Part shown: one piece after another, positions 42,727 through 57,989 of the stretch | Numbering within the stretch: position 1 is the stretch's first letter | How the letters are laid out: each line of letters begins with the position of its first letter | From: Octopus vulgaris | Lineage: Eukaryota | NCBI GenBank assembly: GCA_951406725.2 | Contig: OX597826.1 | Span: 8,494,001 to 8,558,000, forward strand | Direction: 5' to 3' | DNA length: 64,000 bases | Made by a program: the position numbers and the translations under genes | Notes under the pieces: generated by a model | Databases searched by the model: none | Told to the model about the DNA's origin: nothing | The model's input: only the letters and a program-made list of their open reading frames with translations

Positions 42727-43351
42727 AAGAAAGAGAGGAAGAGTGGGCAGAAGAGACTAGATACATGTTAAAGATAAATTAGAAATTTTGGGGAAAGTGA
42801 AGCTAATTATACTTAAAATTAAACCAGGTTAAACAATCGTGTGACAGCATAAATTGATAATCAACCACCCACCTTCCGAAAGTGTTACGTTATTTGAGAT
42901 TTGTACCAAATAGGTTCGGAAACTGGAAAACATCCTGGTATTGACGACATCCATAATTGTTAGGTTGTTGTCATTTTACATAATGGAAACCATCAAGACT
43001 CTCTTGAATAATCCGGAACATGTAATGATGAAATAATTAACAGAGAAGTGTTGGAAATCCGAAGCAACGGAAGAAAAATGAAAGCCAAACTACGTAATGG
43101 ACCGATGCTGGAAAAAAAAAAGAAAGAAAAGAAGGAAAGAAAAAAGAAAAAGAAAAAGAGAAAAGGAAAGAAAGGAAAGGAAGGAAGAAAATGCTTTTGA
43201 TACCGTTCCGCCATACCTTTATATTGGAATCAGTCCAATTATATTATTCATGTTATGGAAATAAATAAAAAGAAAATAGCCATCAACTAGCCCAATTCCC
43301 AGGGGTGACTCATTGTAAGTGTGTGTGGGTGGATGTTGGTGTCTGTGTGAT

Positions 43352-43391
<40 letters not shown>

Positions 43392-43439
43392 TTTTTTTGT
43401 TGTTTAGTATTAACGCGGCCTAACGTATTTATTGAATCT

Positions 43440-43595
43440 AACAACATCCGCAATGAGAAGACAATAAATCATCTCTGGCTAATGGATGACCTGAAACTCT
43501 GGAAGAGATGACATGACAACTAACTGGATGTTGTACACCAAGCCGTCTATCGGAGTTGCTAAAGACATTTGCATAAAACATGGACCGGAGAACAT
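43440..43595 (+). mobile_element. Small RT fragment of an R4/Dong-like LINE
   Basis: INHLWLMDDLKL matches the HLLYMDDLKL catalytic motif. Confidence 0.55.
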
Positions 43596-43808
43596 TTCGT
43601 TCGAAAGTATTTTACCCCACTAATTAAACAAAATATAAACAAAAATATATCAATAGATAAAAACAGACAGGAAACCCTTTCTTGGTTAATTTACGTGCTA
43701 AAAATAACAGCTAAAGCTTTCTCAAATTTGTCTACCTCCCTCTCCTCTCCCTCTCTCTCTCTCTCCTTCTATACATATATTTATGTGTGTGTGTTTGTAC
43801 ACATATAC

Positions 43809-43839
<31 letters not shown>

Positions 43840-43899
43840 CTTCTTCTTCTTCTTCTTCTCCCCCTTTTCCTCCTTCTTCTCCTCCTTCTTCTTCTTCTT

Positions 43900-43965
<66 letters not shown>

Positions 43966-44454
43966 TGTGTGTCTACATGAGTGTGTATGTGTGTATTTAT
44001 ACACATACACCCACTTATATATGTGTACATGTATATATGTACATGTATATATGTGTGTTTGTCTACATGAGTATATGCTTGTGTAGTTATACACATATAC
44101 ATACATGTATATGTGCACATGTATATATTTATGTGTGTTTACATGCTCAAAAGAAAACTGATGATTAGTTATTTCATTTTGAAGTCACTTTCACGTAGTC
44201 AAATATAGTTCTTTCACTTCCCCTTATTTAGTGTAATAGATGAGTTAACTAACCTTGCATGTCTGGTGTAGTGGGCAAATATCTGGCTTCCTATAGTTGC
44301 AATATGCAGTACACATCTCGGTTGGCTTATGTGAAATGATATTTTCCCTACAAGGACCACAGCTGAAGAAAACTTCCACAGAAATCTATTGACGATTTTT
44401 TTATATCTATCTTATATATATCTACGGCTATCAAGGAAATGTTTATCTATCAGG

Positions 44455-44610
44455 GTTAGGAATATAGGAATAGACAAAAGACAAAGCACAAAGCTAGCAG
44501 GCCATATCTTGAACCTGAAGGAGTGTAGTAGACCCCACACTATCAACTGGTGCATCATAGTTAGAGCTAGGCCTAACTATAACTTGTAAAGAATATGCAC
44601 TTTCTGTAGA
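44455..44610 (+). mobile_element. Penelope-like GIY-YIG C-terminal fragment
   Basis: RQSTKLAGHILNLKECSRPHTINWCIIVRARP...CTFC fits the STxLxxHIWxLK...IxWxII...CxLC pattern. Confidence 0.6.
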
Positions 44611-44648
44611 GCATTTTCGTCCATTACCTTTTCCAGTTTATGTTGGCA

Positions 44649-44745
<97 letters not shown>

Positions 44746-44748
44746 TTA

Positions 44749-44781
<33 letters not shown>

Positions 44782-44800
44782 GGCGGTGGGCTTATATATA

Positions 44801-45210
44801 TACTCTTACTCTTTTACTTGGTTCAGTCATTTGACTGCGGCCCTGCTGGAGCACCACCTTTAGTCGAGCAAATTGACCCCAGGACTTATTCTTTGGAAAC
44901 CTAGTACTTATTCGATCGGTCTCTTTTGCCGAACCGCTACGTTACGGGGACATAAACACACCAGCATTGGTTGTCAAGTGATGTTGGCTGGTGGGGGACA
45001 AACACAGGCACATAAACACACACGCACATACATATACATATATACAACTGGCTTCTTCTTTCAGTTTCCGTCTACGAAATCCACTCACAAGGTCTTGGTC
45101 GGCCCGAGGCTATAGTGGAAGGTACTTGCCCAAGGTGCCACGCAGTGGGACTGAACCCGGAACCATGTGGTTGGTAAGCAAGCTACTTACCACCCAGTCA
45201 CTCCTGCGCC
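44801..45210 (-). mobile_element. SINE family A, full length
   Basis: Colinear with 6784-7205. Confidence 0.9.
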
Positions 45211-45779
45211 TACACAGATACTCCTGAAAGTGGTGGAAACACATTTCCCACCTGGATTGAGATCTCTCTATCCAAAGCAGGAATTTATACCGAGATTTAT
45301 AAAGACGAGAACAAAGCTATTTTTTCAACACCTTGTAAAATAGCAACGCTTTCTCTTCTTTACGTAAATTTCTGCATATTGTTAATAACATGTAGAGAAA
45401 GGCATTAAAATGTTTTCCTTCATTAAAGATACACAAAAGAATTAATGATTTATTATTAGAAGAGAAATACAAGCTACATTCATGTCATTAAAATGGAGTT
45501 AGTATTGCGATATAAAGAGATATAAAGATCTTAAGATGTATGGCTCATTGTTCTTGGGTTCTACTATATAGCTAAATGAAATAATTCATAATTAGATGGA
45601 ATTAAAATATGTCAGATGCCTTACAATTGAAGATAAGCAGACAACGCAGACGAGCTTTAGATGATCGTCATTAAGGATAAATATAATTCTGTGACTTCAG
45701 AAGGAGGATTCCGAAATAAAAGAGGAAGGAGAAAAGGACCAAACACTCCTAAACATTATATGTATATATATATATATAT

Positions 45780-45854
<75 letters not shown>

Positions 45855-46011
45855 TAGATATATACATATATACATACATACATACATACATATATATATA
45901 TATTTATAGATATATATCCATATATATATATATACACATATATATATGTATATATACGTATATATGTATATAGATATATATATACATATATATATATTTA
46001 TATATATATAC

Positions 46012-46073
<62 letters not shown>

Positions 46074-46182
46074 ACATATATGTATACACATATATGTATA
46101 TGTATAAATATGTGTGTATATATATATATGTACATGTGTGTATTTATGTATGTGTGTGTGCCTTTGTGTGTGTGTTTATGTA

Positions 46183-46226
<44 letters not shown>

Positions 46227-46488
46227 CATATATATTCAGATATATATATATATATATATACATATATATGGAAGTACATATACGTGTGTGTGCCTGTGTG
46301 TATATGTATATATATATATAGGTAGGTAGGTAGGTAGGTAGGTAGGTAGGTAGGTAGGTCGGTCGGTGGGTAGGTAGGTAGGTAGGAAATGGGCAGTTAA
46401 GTATGGACCAATACGAGAATCCATACGGAGTTGCATGATTTAAAAGATAAAAATGCTCGAGCCAAATTTCACACACACATATATATTT

Positions 46489-46546
<58 letters not shown>

Positions 46547-46619
46547 GTGTGTTTGTGTGTATGAGCAACTATACTTTATCAGTCTCTCCGATGCTGTGTC
46601 TCTTCAATTCATTATATAC

Positions 46620-46655
<36 letters not shown>

Positions 46656-46885
46656 TTATATACATATTTATAGTATATGTATGAGTATGTGTGTGTATAT
46701 GTGTGTATGTATGTATGTATGTATGTATGTATGTATGTATGTATGTACGTATGTATGTATGTATGTAAGTTTGTTTTGTTATTCTCGTAAATCATGCACA
46801 TCCCGTCCGCGTAGCACACACACACATACACACACATATATAACACATATATATATATTTATGTATGCATATATGTATGTGTGTG

Positions 46886-46918
<33 letters not shown>

Positions 46919-47580
46919 ATGTCTGTGTGTATACGTGTGTGTCTATTTGTGTGCGTGACTGTATGTATATGTGTGTATGTTTTCGTACCTGTGTGTGTGT
47001 GTGTGTGTGTGTGCGTGTATGTGTGTGCGTGCGTATTAGTCTGTTAGCCGTCGTTGGACGGAAAGCTTGAAAGGTATACTTTGACGTGATGTGTAATATC
47101 TAAAAATATGACGCACATAGAATGATTATAATTTCACAGCTATTAAATTTCTTTGTCATATAACAACACGGTGAAGTGAATACTAATTTTCGAAAGAATA
47201 ATATTTATTACCTTAAAACAAAATTAAACAAATGTCTCATTTGCATAACGCGTCTCATAAGCATCGTCATTTACTGCTTTGCCTCCTCCTCTTCCTCCTC
47301 CTGCCACCAACTCCAAGCTTAGTATATACACTTACCCCTCATTTGTTGTATTAACTCTCTCTGTATCACTCTTTTACTCTCCCTCTCTCTCTCCTCCTCC
47401 TTCTCCTTCCTCTCTACCATTTGGAACGTAAATAATAAAGAAACCAGCCTGCAAAGTAAGCCACCATCACACACACATATATACACACATATATACACAT
47501 ATATATATATACGCACACATATATACACATATACACATATATATACACATATATATATACACACACATGTATACACACAT

Positions 47581-47885
47581 ATCACGTGATCACGTGACCG
47601 ACCAGACCATCAGATGTTGTTACACATCGCTGGTCACAATGCGTTCGCATTCTTTTAGCCTTCGAATGACGCCACCCCGCTGGCTAAGCGATCAGGCCAA
47701 CAGAAGAAAGAGTGGGAGAAAGAGTGGTGAAAGAGTACAGCAGGGATCACCACCCCCTGCCGGAGCCTCGTGGAGCTTTTAGGTGTTTTCGCTCGATAAA
47801 TACACACAACGCCCGGTCTGGGAATCGAAACCGCGATCCTGCGACCGCGAGTCCGCTGCCCTAACCACTAGGCCATTGCGCCTCC
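47581..47885 (-). mobile_element. SINE family B head with an alternative tail ending in (CACGTGAT)2
   Basis: A box tggcctagtgg, B box ggtttcgattcc. The tail also occurs alone at ~23553-23630. Confidence 0.88.
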
Positions 47886-48523
47886 GTATACACACATATA
47901 CACATATATATATATGCACACATATACACACACATATACACATATATATATAAACACGCATGTATATACACACATGTACACACACATGCACACACACACA
48001 TATACGGGTGAGCAGAGAAACGAAAGAAGGGCACTCAACAAACACATTTATTTGGAGTTACATGTATAGATCAAAACAGTTTGATTCAAACTACTCGATA
48101 CTCTGAGTTTCAAGCGTGCGGCTAGTCTTCGGTCCCTTCCTGTGTGGCATGTCTGTGCGTGTGTTTGTGCGCGCGCGCGGTTTTGAGTGCACATCAAAGC
48201 ACTCGTATAAATACGGATGCATACATGCACATATATGGGCATATACATGTACATATATACAAATAAACCCTCACGTTTACCGCCCTTTCCCAATTTTCCC
48301 TAAGCACACAACCTATTTCCTGTTCACCATGCGGTATTTTCCAAGTAATTGTTATCGCTGAAACACCAGCATTAGACAACTACACACGTGATCTTTCTCG
48401 ACCAATTGCAGGGTAACGTCCAGTAGTAAACATTGACTCTCTTCAATCGAACTCTCATTCAGATCCTAATGGCCGAAGACTAGCTACACACTTGAAACCA
48501 ACGAGTCTGAATCAAGCTGTTTG

Positions 48524-48618
<95 letters not shown>

Positions 48619-48759
48619 TGTTAGAAGAAATGGGGTATTCAGAAATTCGGATGGTTTTATATTTACAGATATTTATTTGTATATTACATGTTTTTATACA
48701 TCATATAACTTAGATCATATATTAGCGTTTTCTCCCATTCTAGTGGTGTTTTCTAATCG

Positions 48760-48795
<36 letters not shown>

Positions 48796-49087
48796 TAGAG
48801 GGAAACCACTATGTGGACACCTTTCTGCTTGTGCTAGAAATAGATCCGCTAAGGTCTTACCACTAAGAAATGTTCCTAAGAAAAATTTTGCAAAACAACC
48901 AAAATGTAATCGAGCCAGACAAAAGAAAAAGCAATAAAAATATGGATTATTCACATAAATGTTTCACTATTAATATATTACCTAATTTTACTTACATAAA
49001 TGTCCGTAGATCATCGGTGCGACCGTCAGATGAATATAATTTGCAGGACTACATACTAGGACGTCCGCACAAAGTCAGACTTGTAAA

Positions 49088-49329
49088 ACAGTCCTACCCA
49101 TTACACTCGTGGCTACTATTTCAAATGTCTCCGTTTTGGCGCGGTAAATTACCTAATTATCTAATTTCTCACCCTCATTATATATTTAAATTTAAATTAA
49201 TACGTTCTCTAGCCGGCAAAGGCCACTGCAGTAAAATATTATCTGCAGCATCAGTTTTTCCGGTAATTTAGCGCGCCAAAACGAGGACATTTGAAATAGT
49301 AACCACGAGTTGTAATGGGTAGGACTGTT
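49088..49329. mobile_element. MITE with ~60-bp imperfect TIRs
   Basis: acagtcctacccattac...gtaatgggtaggactgt. Confidence 0.75.
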
Positions 49330-49431
49330 ATATATATATAACAGTCCTACCCATTACAACTCGTGGTTACTATTTCAAATGTCCTCGTTTTGGCGCGCTA
49401 AATTACCGGAAAAACTGATGCTGCAGATAAT

Positions 49432-49432
<1 letters not shown>
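49237..49432. repeat. Perfect 196-bp palindrome centred on (TA)n
   Basis: Arms read as exact reverse complements by eye. Confidence 0.9.
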
Positions 49433-49483
<51 letters not shown>

Positions 49484-49514
49484 CGATTTTGCATAATAGT
49501 GGTTTTGTCTCTAA

Positions 49515-49552
<38 letters not shown>

Positions 49553-50065
49553 TTCTCCTTGTGTGTGTAAGTGTCGGTGTAGGTGTGCGTGCGTTTGTGT
49601 CACTACATGAGTGGATAGAATTTTTTCTTATATTTAATCGAAGAATGTTACAAAGGTGAATCAAGTGCCGACAGTTTCATGCACAGCACTTATCGAAACA
49701 GAGACCATTGAATTGTGCTTCTGTGTATACAGTTGTGTGTATACGTATGGGTACGAGAATGTTACCTTGTATATGACGAACCACTTTGGATATATACTTT
49801 TGCGGCAATGGGTAATTTATTTACTACGATTACGTTCAGTTGCTCAAAGTGAAATATCTCCGGTCGAATATACCGCAATAAATTTACTTTTCCCGATGTA
49901 TCGACATTAAATAAACAGACGGTTACTCTAATCTACTACTTTTGCATATAGTGTGTGTATGTATGTATGTATGTATGTATGTGTGTATGTATGTATGAAG
50001 ATAGATAGATAGAGAGAGAGAGACAGACAGACAGACAGATAGCTGGATAGCTGGAAAGATGGATG

Positions 50066-50142
<77 letters not shown>

Positions 50143-50845
50143 CTCACGCACATATATATACAAATATATATATAAATATATACACGTTATATCACTAGCA
50201 GCAGCAATAACAATGCCGAGTGATGGACGCAGGTGCAGTTTAAAAAAACTATACTGCCTTAATGACTGGAGATCATCATTACAAATTCAAGGTCGATATT
50301 ATTCTGTATGTAGTAACAGATGCAAGAATTTAGAATCTACGAATATCAGAATTGAGGTCAAAAATCGACATCCAGGAGGCCAAAAAGAATCTTAGAACGC
50401 CTATTGTGACAGTTCAGCATTTTATTTGCTTTTTACCTTTTCTTAATCATCATCATCGCCGACATTTTTGTTGCTGTATCAGTTAGAAGTGTTTTATCGC
50501 TGTTGTTGCCGTTACATTTGTTGTTGTTGTTCTTCTTCTTCTTCTTCTTCTCATGGTTGTTATTGTCGTTGTCGTTGTTATTGTTGTTGCTTTGCCATTC
50601 TCATAAGATTCTTTTTACAAAAGTTTTTGGTGTCTTCGATTGATTGTTTATATGTTTTTTTTGGTCTGTTTTTTTCTTTCATTTTGTTCCCGTTTTCTTT
50701 TGCTAATGCTGTTGACTTCTTGTGATGACGAAATTGGTGTCTGTAATTTTTTAATGTTTTATATGATTTTTTTTTATTTTAATTCTATGTATATGTATGT
50801 TTATGAGTATGTGCTCTGAATCCGTGTAAATATACATATACATAT

Positions 50846-50878
<33 letters not shown>

Positions 50879-50892
50879 GTACATGCACATAT

Positions 50893-50937
<45 letters not shown>

Positions 50938-51000
50938 CACACATATATATACATACATACATACGTACATATATATACATATATAAACACACGTACAAAT

Positions 51001-51065
<65 letters not shown>

Positions 51066-51158
51066 TATACAACTATATCGGTATATACATATTTATCCAC
51101 ACGTATACGAAAAAATGGATACATACACGCACAAACTATTCTTTACACAATGTGTGAG

Positions 51159-51231
<73 letters not shown>

Positions 51232-51689
51232 GTGTGTTTCTAATTTGCGTTGAAAGAATTTTTTAGACACGTGGCCGGGACTGTCTGTAGTCGGTGCCAG
51301 CAAGATATCTCACAAATGAGTCGATCAGTGACCTTAACAAGGAATGTCAACACTTACAGGGATAATACAATGAAAAATTCTATTATTATTGTTGTTGCTC
51401 TTCTTCTTCTTCTTCTTCTTCTTCTTCTTCTTCTTCTTCTTCTTCTTCTTCTTTTCCTCCTTCCTTCTTCTTTTTTTCTTCCTTCTTCTTCTTTTCCTCC
51501 TCCTCCTCCTTCTTCTTCTTCTTCTTCTTCATCTTCTTCTTCTTTTCTTCTTCTTTTCCTCCTTCTTCTTCTTTTCCTTCTTCTTCTTCTTCTTCTTCTT
51601 CTTCTTCTTCTTCTTCTTCTTCTTCTTTACCTTCTTTTCCATTATTATCATTATTATCATTACTATCATTATTATTGTTATTATTATTA

Positions 51690-51750
<61 letters not shown>

Positions 51751-51779
51751 TGTTGTTATTATTATTATTATTAATGTTG

Positions 51780-51817
<38 letters not shown>

Positions 51818-52089
51818 GGATGGCGTTCATATTCATATTTTTGCTTTATTTTCTTTTTCTTGGTTTTTCGATTTTCATCAAAATCACAACGCATATGAGA
51901 CCATCACCACAAAAATTCTTCCAGCGGCAATGGAAGCACTTCGGTCCTTTGCACTTACTGCAGCATCAGCTGCTGCCTCTGCTGCTGCTGCTGCTGCTAC
52001 TACTACTACTACTTCTGCAGCTGCTGCCAAATTTGTCATTCCTGTAACAGCTACTAATAGAGAATATCTTTTGTGTACCTGTAGGTAGT

Positions 52090-52215
52090 GGAGGCGCGTG
52101 GCGTAATGGTTAGGGAAATTGCACCAGCGATCGCTTGATCGTGGTTTCAATTCCCAGACCGCGCTGCACGTCGTGTCTTCCTGATCAAAATATTTCATTT
52201 CATGTTGTTCCGCGA
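52090..52215 (+). mobile_element. Old tRNA/CORE-like SINE head
   Basis: ggaggcgcgtggcgtaatggttagg (A box) and ggtttcaattcc (B box); related to 57990-58310. Confidence 0.65.
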
Positions 52216-52584
52216 CCAAGTCAACATCTGATGTGTTGTAACCATCCGCTTGTGTATGTAATAGCTTTTTGATATCGGTAACAGAGCTAAGATATGATTG
52301 CTATAATGAAATCAACTGTCAAGGTTGTTTAGCACGAAACTGCGGAATCATTGACTACCGTTTGCGACAGGGAAATCTACAAAAAAATACATAAAACTAT
52401 ATCTTTTATCCTTTACCACTTCAGACTTCTCTGTATCATGATCTGAACTCAGAAAGGAATGACGGACGAAATATGTTAACACCACTGTAAACCCATACGC
52501 TAACGACTCTGCCAGCTCGTCGTCTTACGGATACAAAAATTACAATTCAACTATATAAATATACTACATATAGCCACTCCTACA

Positions 52585-52965
52585 AGGCGTAGGAATGGCT
52601 GTGTGCCAAGTAGCTTGCTTACGAACCGCATGGTTCCGGGTTCAGTCCAACTGCGTGGCACCTTAGGCAAGTATCTTCTACTCTAGCCTCGGGCCGACCA
52701 AGGCCTTGTAAGTGGATTGGGTAGACGGAAACTGAAAGAAACCCGTCGTATATATGTATATGTATATACGTATATGTGTGTATATGTTTGTATGTCTGTG
52801 TTTGTCTCCCCAACATCGCTTGACAACCGATGCTGGTGTATTTACGTCCGATCGGATAAGTACTAGGCTTACAAAGAATAAGTCCTGGGGTCGATTTGCT
52901 CGACTAAAGGCGGTGCTCCAGCATGGCCACAGTCAAATGACTGAAACACGTAAAGGAGTAAAAAG
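52585..52965 (+). mobile_element. SINE family A with internal deletion
   Basis: Colinear with 16876-17318. Confidence 0.9.
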
Positions 52966-53000
<35 letters not shown>

Positions 53001-53192
53001 TGCATACGCTGACAAACATACCCCACACACATACATGAGGAATAGTTAAACTTAGATACAACATCGCAATCACATTCATGACAGAAATATAGAACATGAT
53101 TTGAAACAAGTAAATTAAGGACGTACGTGCAAAATTATAGCCATCACAAGCATCGCCCCCAATCTGGTCATTACAAAGAAGCACGAACGGCT

Positions 53193-53267
<75 letters not shown>

Positions 53268-53832
53268 TAGTAGTAGTAGTTGTAGTAGTTGCTGTTGTTG
53301 TAGATGAGATGAAGAAGAAAGGAAGGAGCATGAGGTGGAGGAGGAGGGGGAGGGGTGGCGGAAACGAGGTCAGGAGTTTACGAATAGGTTTAAAGTTGGT
53401 GCTGGTACGAATGCATTGCCTTTCCACACTGTCGTTGACATTTTTTTGTTAGATGAAATAGAAAGAGTTTCGGCTACTATTTCGAGCAAACCTTTTGCAG
53501 GATTCCTTCGTTAAATTCAATGGAAACGTGGGAATGTAGTTTAGATCTGGGTTGCATTCCAGCTACCGTTGGTTTCTCCAGCTCCATATAATACTGCCAT
53601 CCATTAAATGTGGATCGATTTAAGTACGGAATTCACAAAACATTGTATTTCGTAACGCTAACCCATCCAAAACGCGTATAAGAAAAATATGGATTATGAA
53701 TTATGAACTAAAAACTACATAATTCTTAATTCTTCTTTGTGTTATATATGACCCTTCTGTCCGGCCTTCGCCATGATAGATCACAAGCCACTGGACATTC
53801 TTTATTTTCCCTTCTTGTTTCTTTCTGTGTTC

Positions 53833-53868
53833 CTTTCTGTGGAAGAGCGTAGGCTCGAAACGTTAAAG
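53833..53868 (+). ncRNA. Minimal hammerhead-like motif (A6U variant) inside a ~220-bp module flanked by TA-rich sequence
   Basis: cttt-CTGTGGA-a-gagc-gtag-gctc-GAAAC-GTT-aaag; stems I and II perfect. Confidence 0.6.
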
Positions 53869-53966
53869 ACTTTTTCACTTCCCGAGCGTTATACTAATAC
53901 ATCTGTTTGTTTTGTACACCACCTGTCTTCGTCTTGTCTTCTTTTTTTTTTTTTGAGAATTCTGCC

Positions 53967-54039
<73 letters not shown>

Positions 54040-54050
54040 ATATATGTATG

Positions 54051-54187
<137 letters not shown>

Positions 54188-54596
54188 GTATATAATATAC
54201 TATTCCATGAAGGTAAGATCAACAAAAAAGTAGTCCATCTGGTGAGAGATAAATATTGTTTAATGCACACAGCATACATTTTATGAGATGGACACACATA
54301 CTTTCATGCAGCGAAAGCGATAGTCAGCATTCTATAACATGTCTGGTGCTTTTATGCAACCTCAGGGCTGTACTCACGTGCCATGTACAAACAAAAATAG
54401 GGCAATAGAATAAGAGAAAAGGCGAGAAGAAAGTTGATGTAAAATCTGAAAGGACGAAAACACAGCTGAGCCCGAAGATTGCATGACGGCACCAGATGTC
54501 TTATAAAATATTGTCTGTGTCATTTTCTTTGCATGAAAATATCAGTAGCTTATAAATTATATATTATGACCATTAAGTTATGTATGCATATTTATG

Positions 54597-55035
54597 AAGA
54601 CGGGAGCGGTATGCAGTAACATATATCTGGAAGATCCTGGAAGGAATTGTGCCAAATTTTGGCATTGAAATTTACACCAATGCCAGAACGGGACGACACT
54701 GCAGAGTGCCAAAGGTCCCAGCAATGCCATCACGCTTCAGGACCAGTTACTGCAACAGCCTGGGTTTCAAGGGCCCACAGCTTTTTAATATTCTTCCAAA
54801 GAGTCTGAGGAACTTGCACAAAATAGATGTAGGGGGTTTTAAATGAAAGCTGGACCTCTTCCATTCAAGAGTCCCAGATGAACCTACCCCACGGCAATAG
54901 GTGCATATGAGGGTAGCTATATCAAACTCCATGCTTCACCAAGTGCCACATATTAGAGGAGGCTCTTAGTAATAACAGAGTAGCAAAACGGCGGTGCATC
55001 AGCATGGTCACAGCTCTGAGCTGAAACTAGAGAAA
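54597..55035 (+). mobile_element. CR1-like LINE 3' fragment
   Basis: RRERYAVTYIWKILEGIVPN...GPQLFNILPKSLR...FK*KLDLF..VPDEP. Its 3' end resembles the SINE A tail. Confidence 0.8.
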
Positions 55036-55652
55036 AATTACATATATATATGTATATATATGCACAATGAAGAAAATTCAGGGAGTTTGTGTGATAATGT
55101 CTCTTGCAACTTGATGAAAATATTTTACTCCACTTGCCAAATTTATTTACTTTTTTTTTTTTACATATGACCGATTTCCAAGTGGGTAAATGTTTCAATA
55201 TAAGAGCCTTTGATAATTTAGTAGTTATTCATTTTGCCTGCTATCTCTCCTGTAAACCACAACCACTAAGCTCCCACCATACTACGACAAGAATCCTTTC
55301 AACGGATGAAAAGATAATTCATTTCTATATGATATTTAAACGTGAAGTAAAAGCGGACCGTGCAAACTTGAATTAAAGAGAATAAGCGTTATTTTATTAC
55401 CAGAAATAGTATGTTATAGTGATAAGGTTCAGCTGTCGGTATTTTACGTGCTTAGTTTATCAAAGTAAACCAGTTGAGTTACGAGAATCTCAAATATATA
55501 CGGAGATTATACGTACAAACCACCAGCAGCTCCTTACTGTTTATATGAAAGAACACACAAAACAAGAGTCATATAAAAGCTTTATCGTTATAATAAATGG
55601 ATGCATTGCAGTATAGCAGAAACACACACACTTACACACACACACAAACACT

Positions 55653-55691
<39 letters not shown>

Positions 55692-56409
55692 CTAGCATCC
55701 ATCCCTTATGATGCAAATCATTGTAGTCCCAATATTTGGCATTTTGACTTATTTTATTTCTCGTAATAAGTAATAACATTGAAAATAGAAATATGGGCAT
55801 ACATTCATTCGTGAATAGAATGTGTGTGTATATGTAGTAGATATGTAAGTGTGTGCGTGTGTATATATCCACATCTATGTATGTGCGTGCGTTTGTGTGC
55901 GTGTGTGTGTGCGTATACATGCATATCAAATACATCAGTAGATACGTAGATATGTATGTTTATACATGCATATATATTTCTATATTTGTATACATATATA
56001 TATTCTATATCTGTATACATTCTATATCTGTATACATATATATATATATAATATATATACACGCACATTTATACACACATACATATATATATGAATATGA
56101 TATATGTATATATTGGTAAATGTGTTTATATTTATGCATAGGAGTGTATATATCCATACATATAACTCACACCTATATATATATATTGATGCATATATAT
56201 ACATATATACTCATATATGTATACATACATATAATTATATTTATTTATGCACATATGTGTATACATAGGCATACATGTATATATACTTCATATATATAAA
56301 TATATATATATAAGCACAAACACATATATACATATATACATATATATGTATATATATATATATATATATAATATATATATATATATATAAACATACATAT
56401 ATATAACAT

Positions 56410-56483
<74 letters not shown>

Positions 56484-57661
56484 ATATGTATATATGTATG
56501 TATATATGTATATATGGTCTTGTGTATGCAAACATACACTTATACATACACTCATAATATAGATGGTTTCTCATGAAGGGAGTATATACATGCTATCTGT
56601 GTGGGGGTATATGTGTGTGTGTACGTGTATATCTGAGCGTATGTGTTTGTTTGTAGTCGGCAGAGGGTTTTATCAATAGGTTTTGATATATTTATAGTGA
56701 TCCCAATCGTTATAAATGTACACGATCCGTCTAGCTGATCTTCAACTTTAAGTGCTGCGGATAATCAGCCTAGAGAAATATATGAGAACCTGTCAAAGTA
56801 ATATTACACTTAAACGAAATACGAGTGTTGCTCGGATTATGATCTTTGAAAGTTTCACCACTCGGATTGGTTAGTTTCTTTTTATCTTTCTAAATAATGT
56901 TGAAGTTTCCAAAGTCGATAGGTTTTCAGTCTACTAATCGAAACTTTCAGGGTGGATATCTTGCTCTGCTGGGTCCATAGCTAAACCATTTAGATCATAG
57001 CTTAACACTGACTCAGTTCAGTTAGCTCTAAATTGCTGCGATGTGTATGCACATGTACAGATCACCATCTAATTGGTTTCACGGAACAAACTGTCTTACT
57101 ATAGTATAAAAATGGGGTTTTGCGATGTTCATTTCTTTTCCCTCAAGCATTTCTCGTTTATAACTGAATTGAAATAGTTTCAACAGAGCATCGATATTGG
57201 GAGAGGTCTTTGATCATCTACTCGCTTTTCTCGGGAACTACGATATTTTTCACTGCAGCACAGAGCACAAAATATTTATTGAACCTCCATAAATGAGTTT
57301 CAAGTTCAAGTACCTACCTATCGTTTATGATAGGAGCACCATCATCATATCCTACCATTAATCTTTTGCGGTTAAGCCATGGAATAAGCCTTCAGATCGT
57401 GACCGTCTTTCGAACAATCCTCTCTTTTAAACGACTCTGCAATAGTAGAACTCATGTAGAATGATCTTTATTCAAATCTTTTACTTGTTGCAGTAAAAAG
57501 ACTGCGGCCATGCTTGGGCACCGCCTTGAAGAATTTTTTAGTCGAATGAATCGACTGCAATGCCTGACACACTAACACCGGTTGTACGGAGATGCAAACG
57601 GACGACAAAGACACACACGCGTATATACATACATACATGCATACATACATACATATATATA

Positions 57662-57709
<48 letters not shown>

Positions 57710-57989
57710 CAATAATAACAAAGGGTAATATTAATTAATTAACTAGTAATCAATAAGTTCACCAAGTAGAATTCGGCATGAAAAAGGACCATTTCACGGT
57801 AAACTAAAGTAATACTTTATAATAAGGTTCAGCAAAGATTTGCTTTACCACATACCGAAGTTTAGAAATAGCAGCCAAAGAACCTTAGCTATTTCCTCTA
57901 CTTTAAAAAGAGACTCCCGGAAAAAAGAAAAATTGTAATTTGTTTTTTCGAGTAATTTGTTTTTTTCGGGAGTCTCTGATTTATACCAC

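Noticed and set aside
47239-47246. Octamer motif ATTTGCAT
   Set aside because: A single 8-mer is expected by chance in 64 kb of AT-rich DNA.
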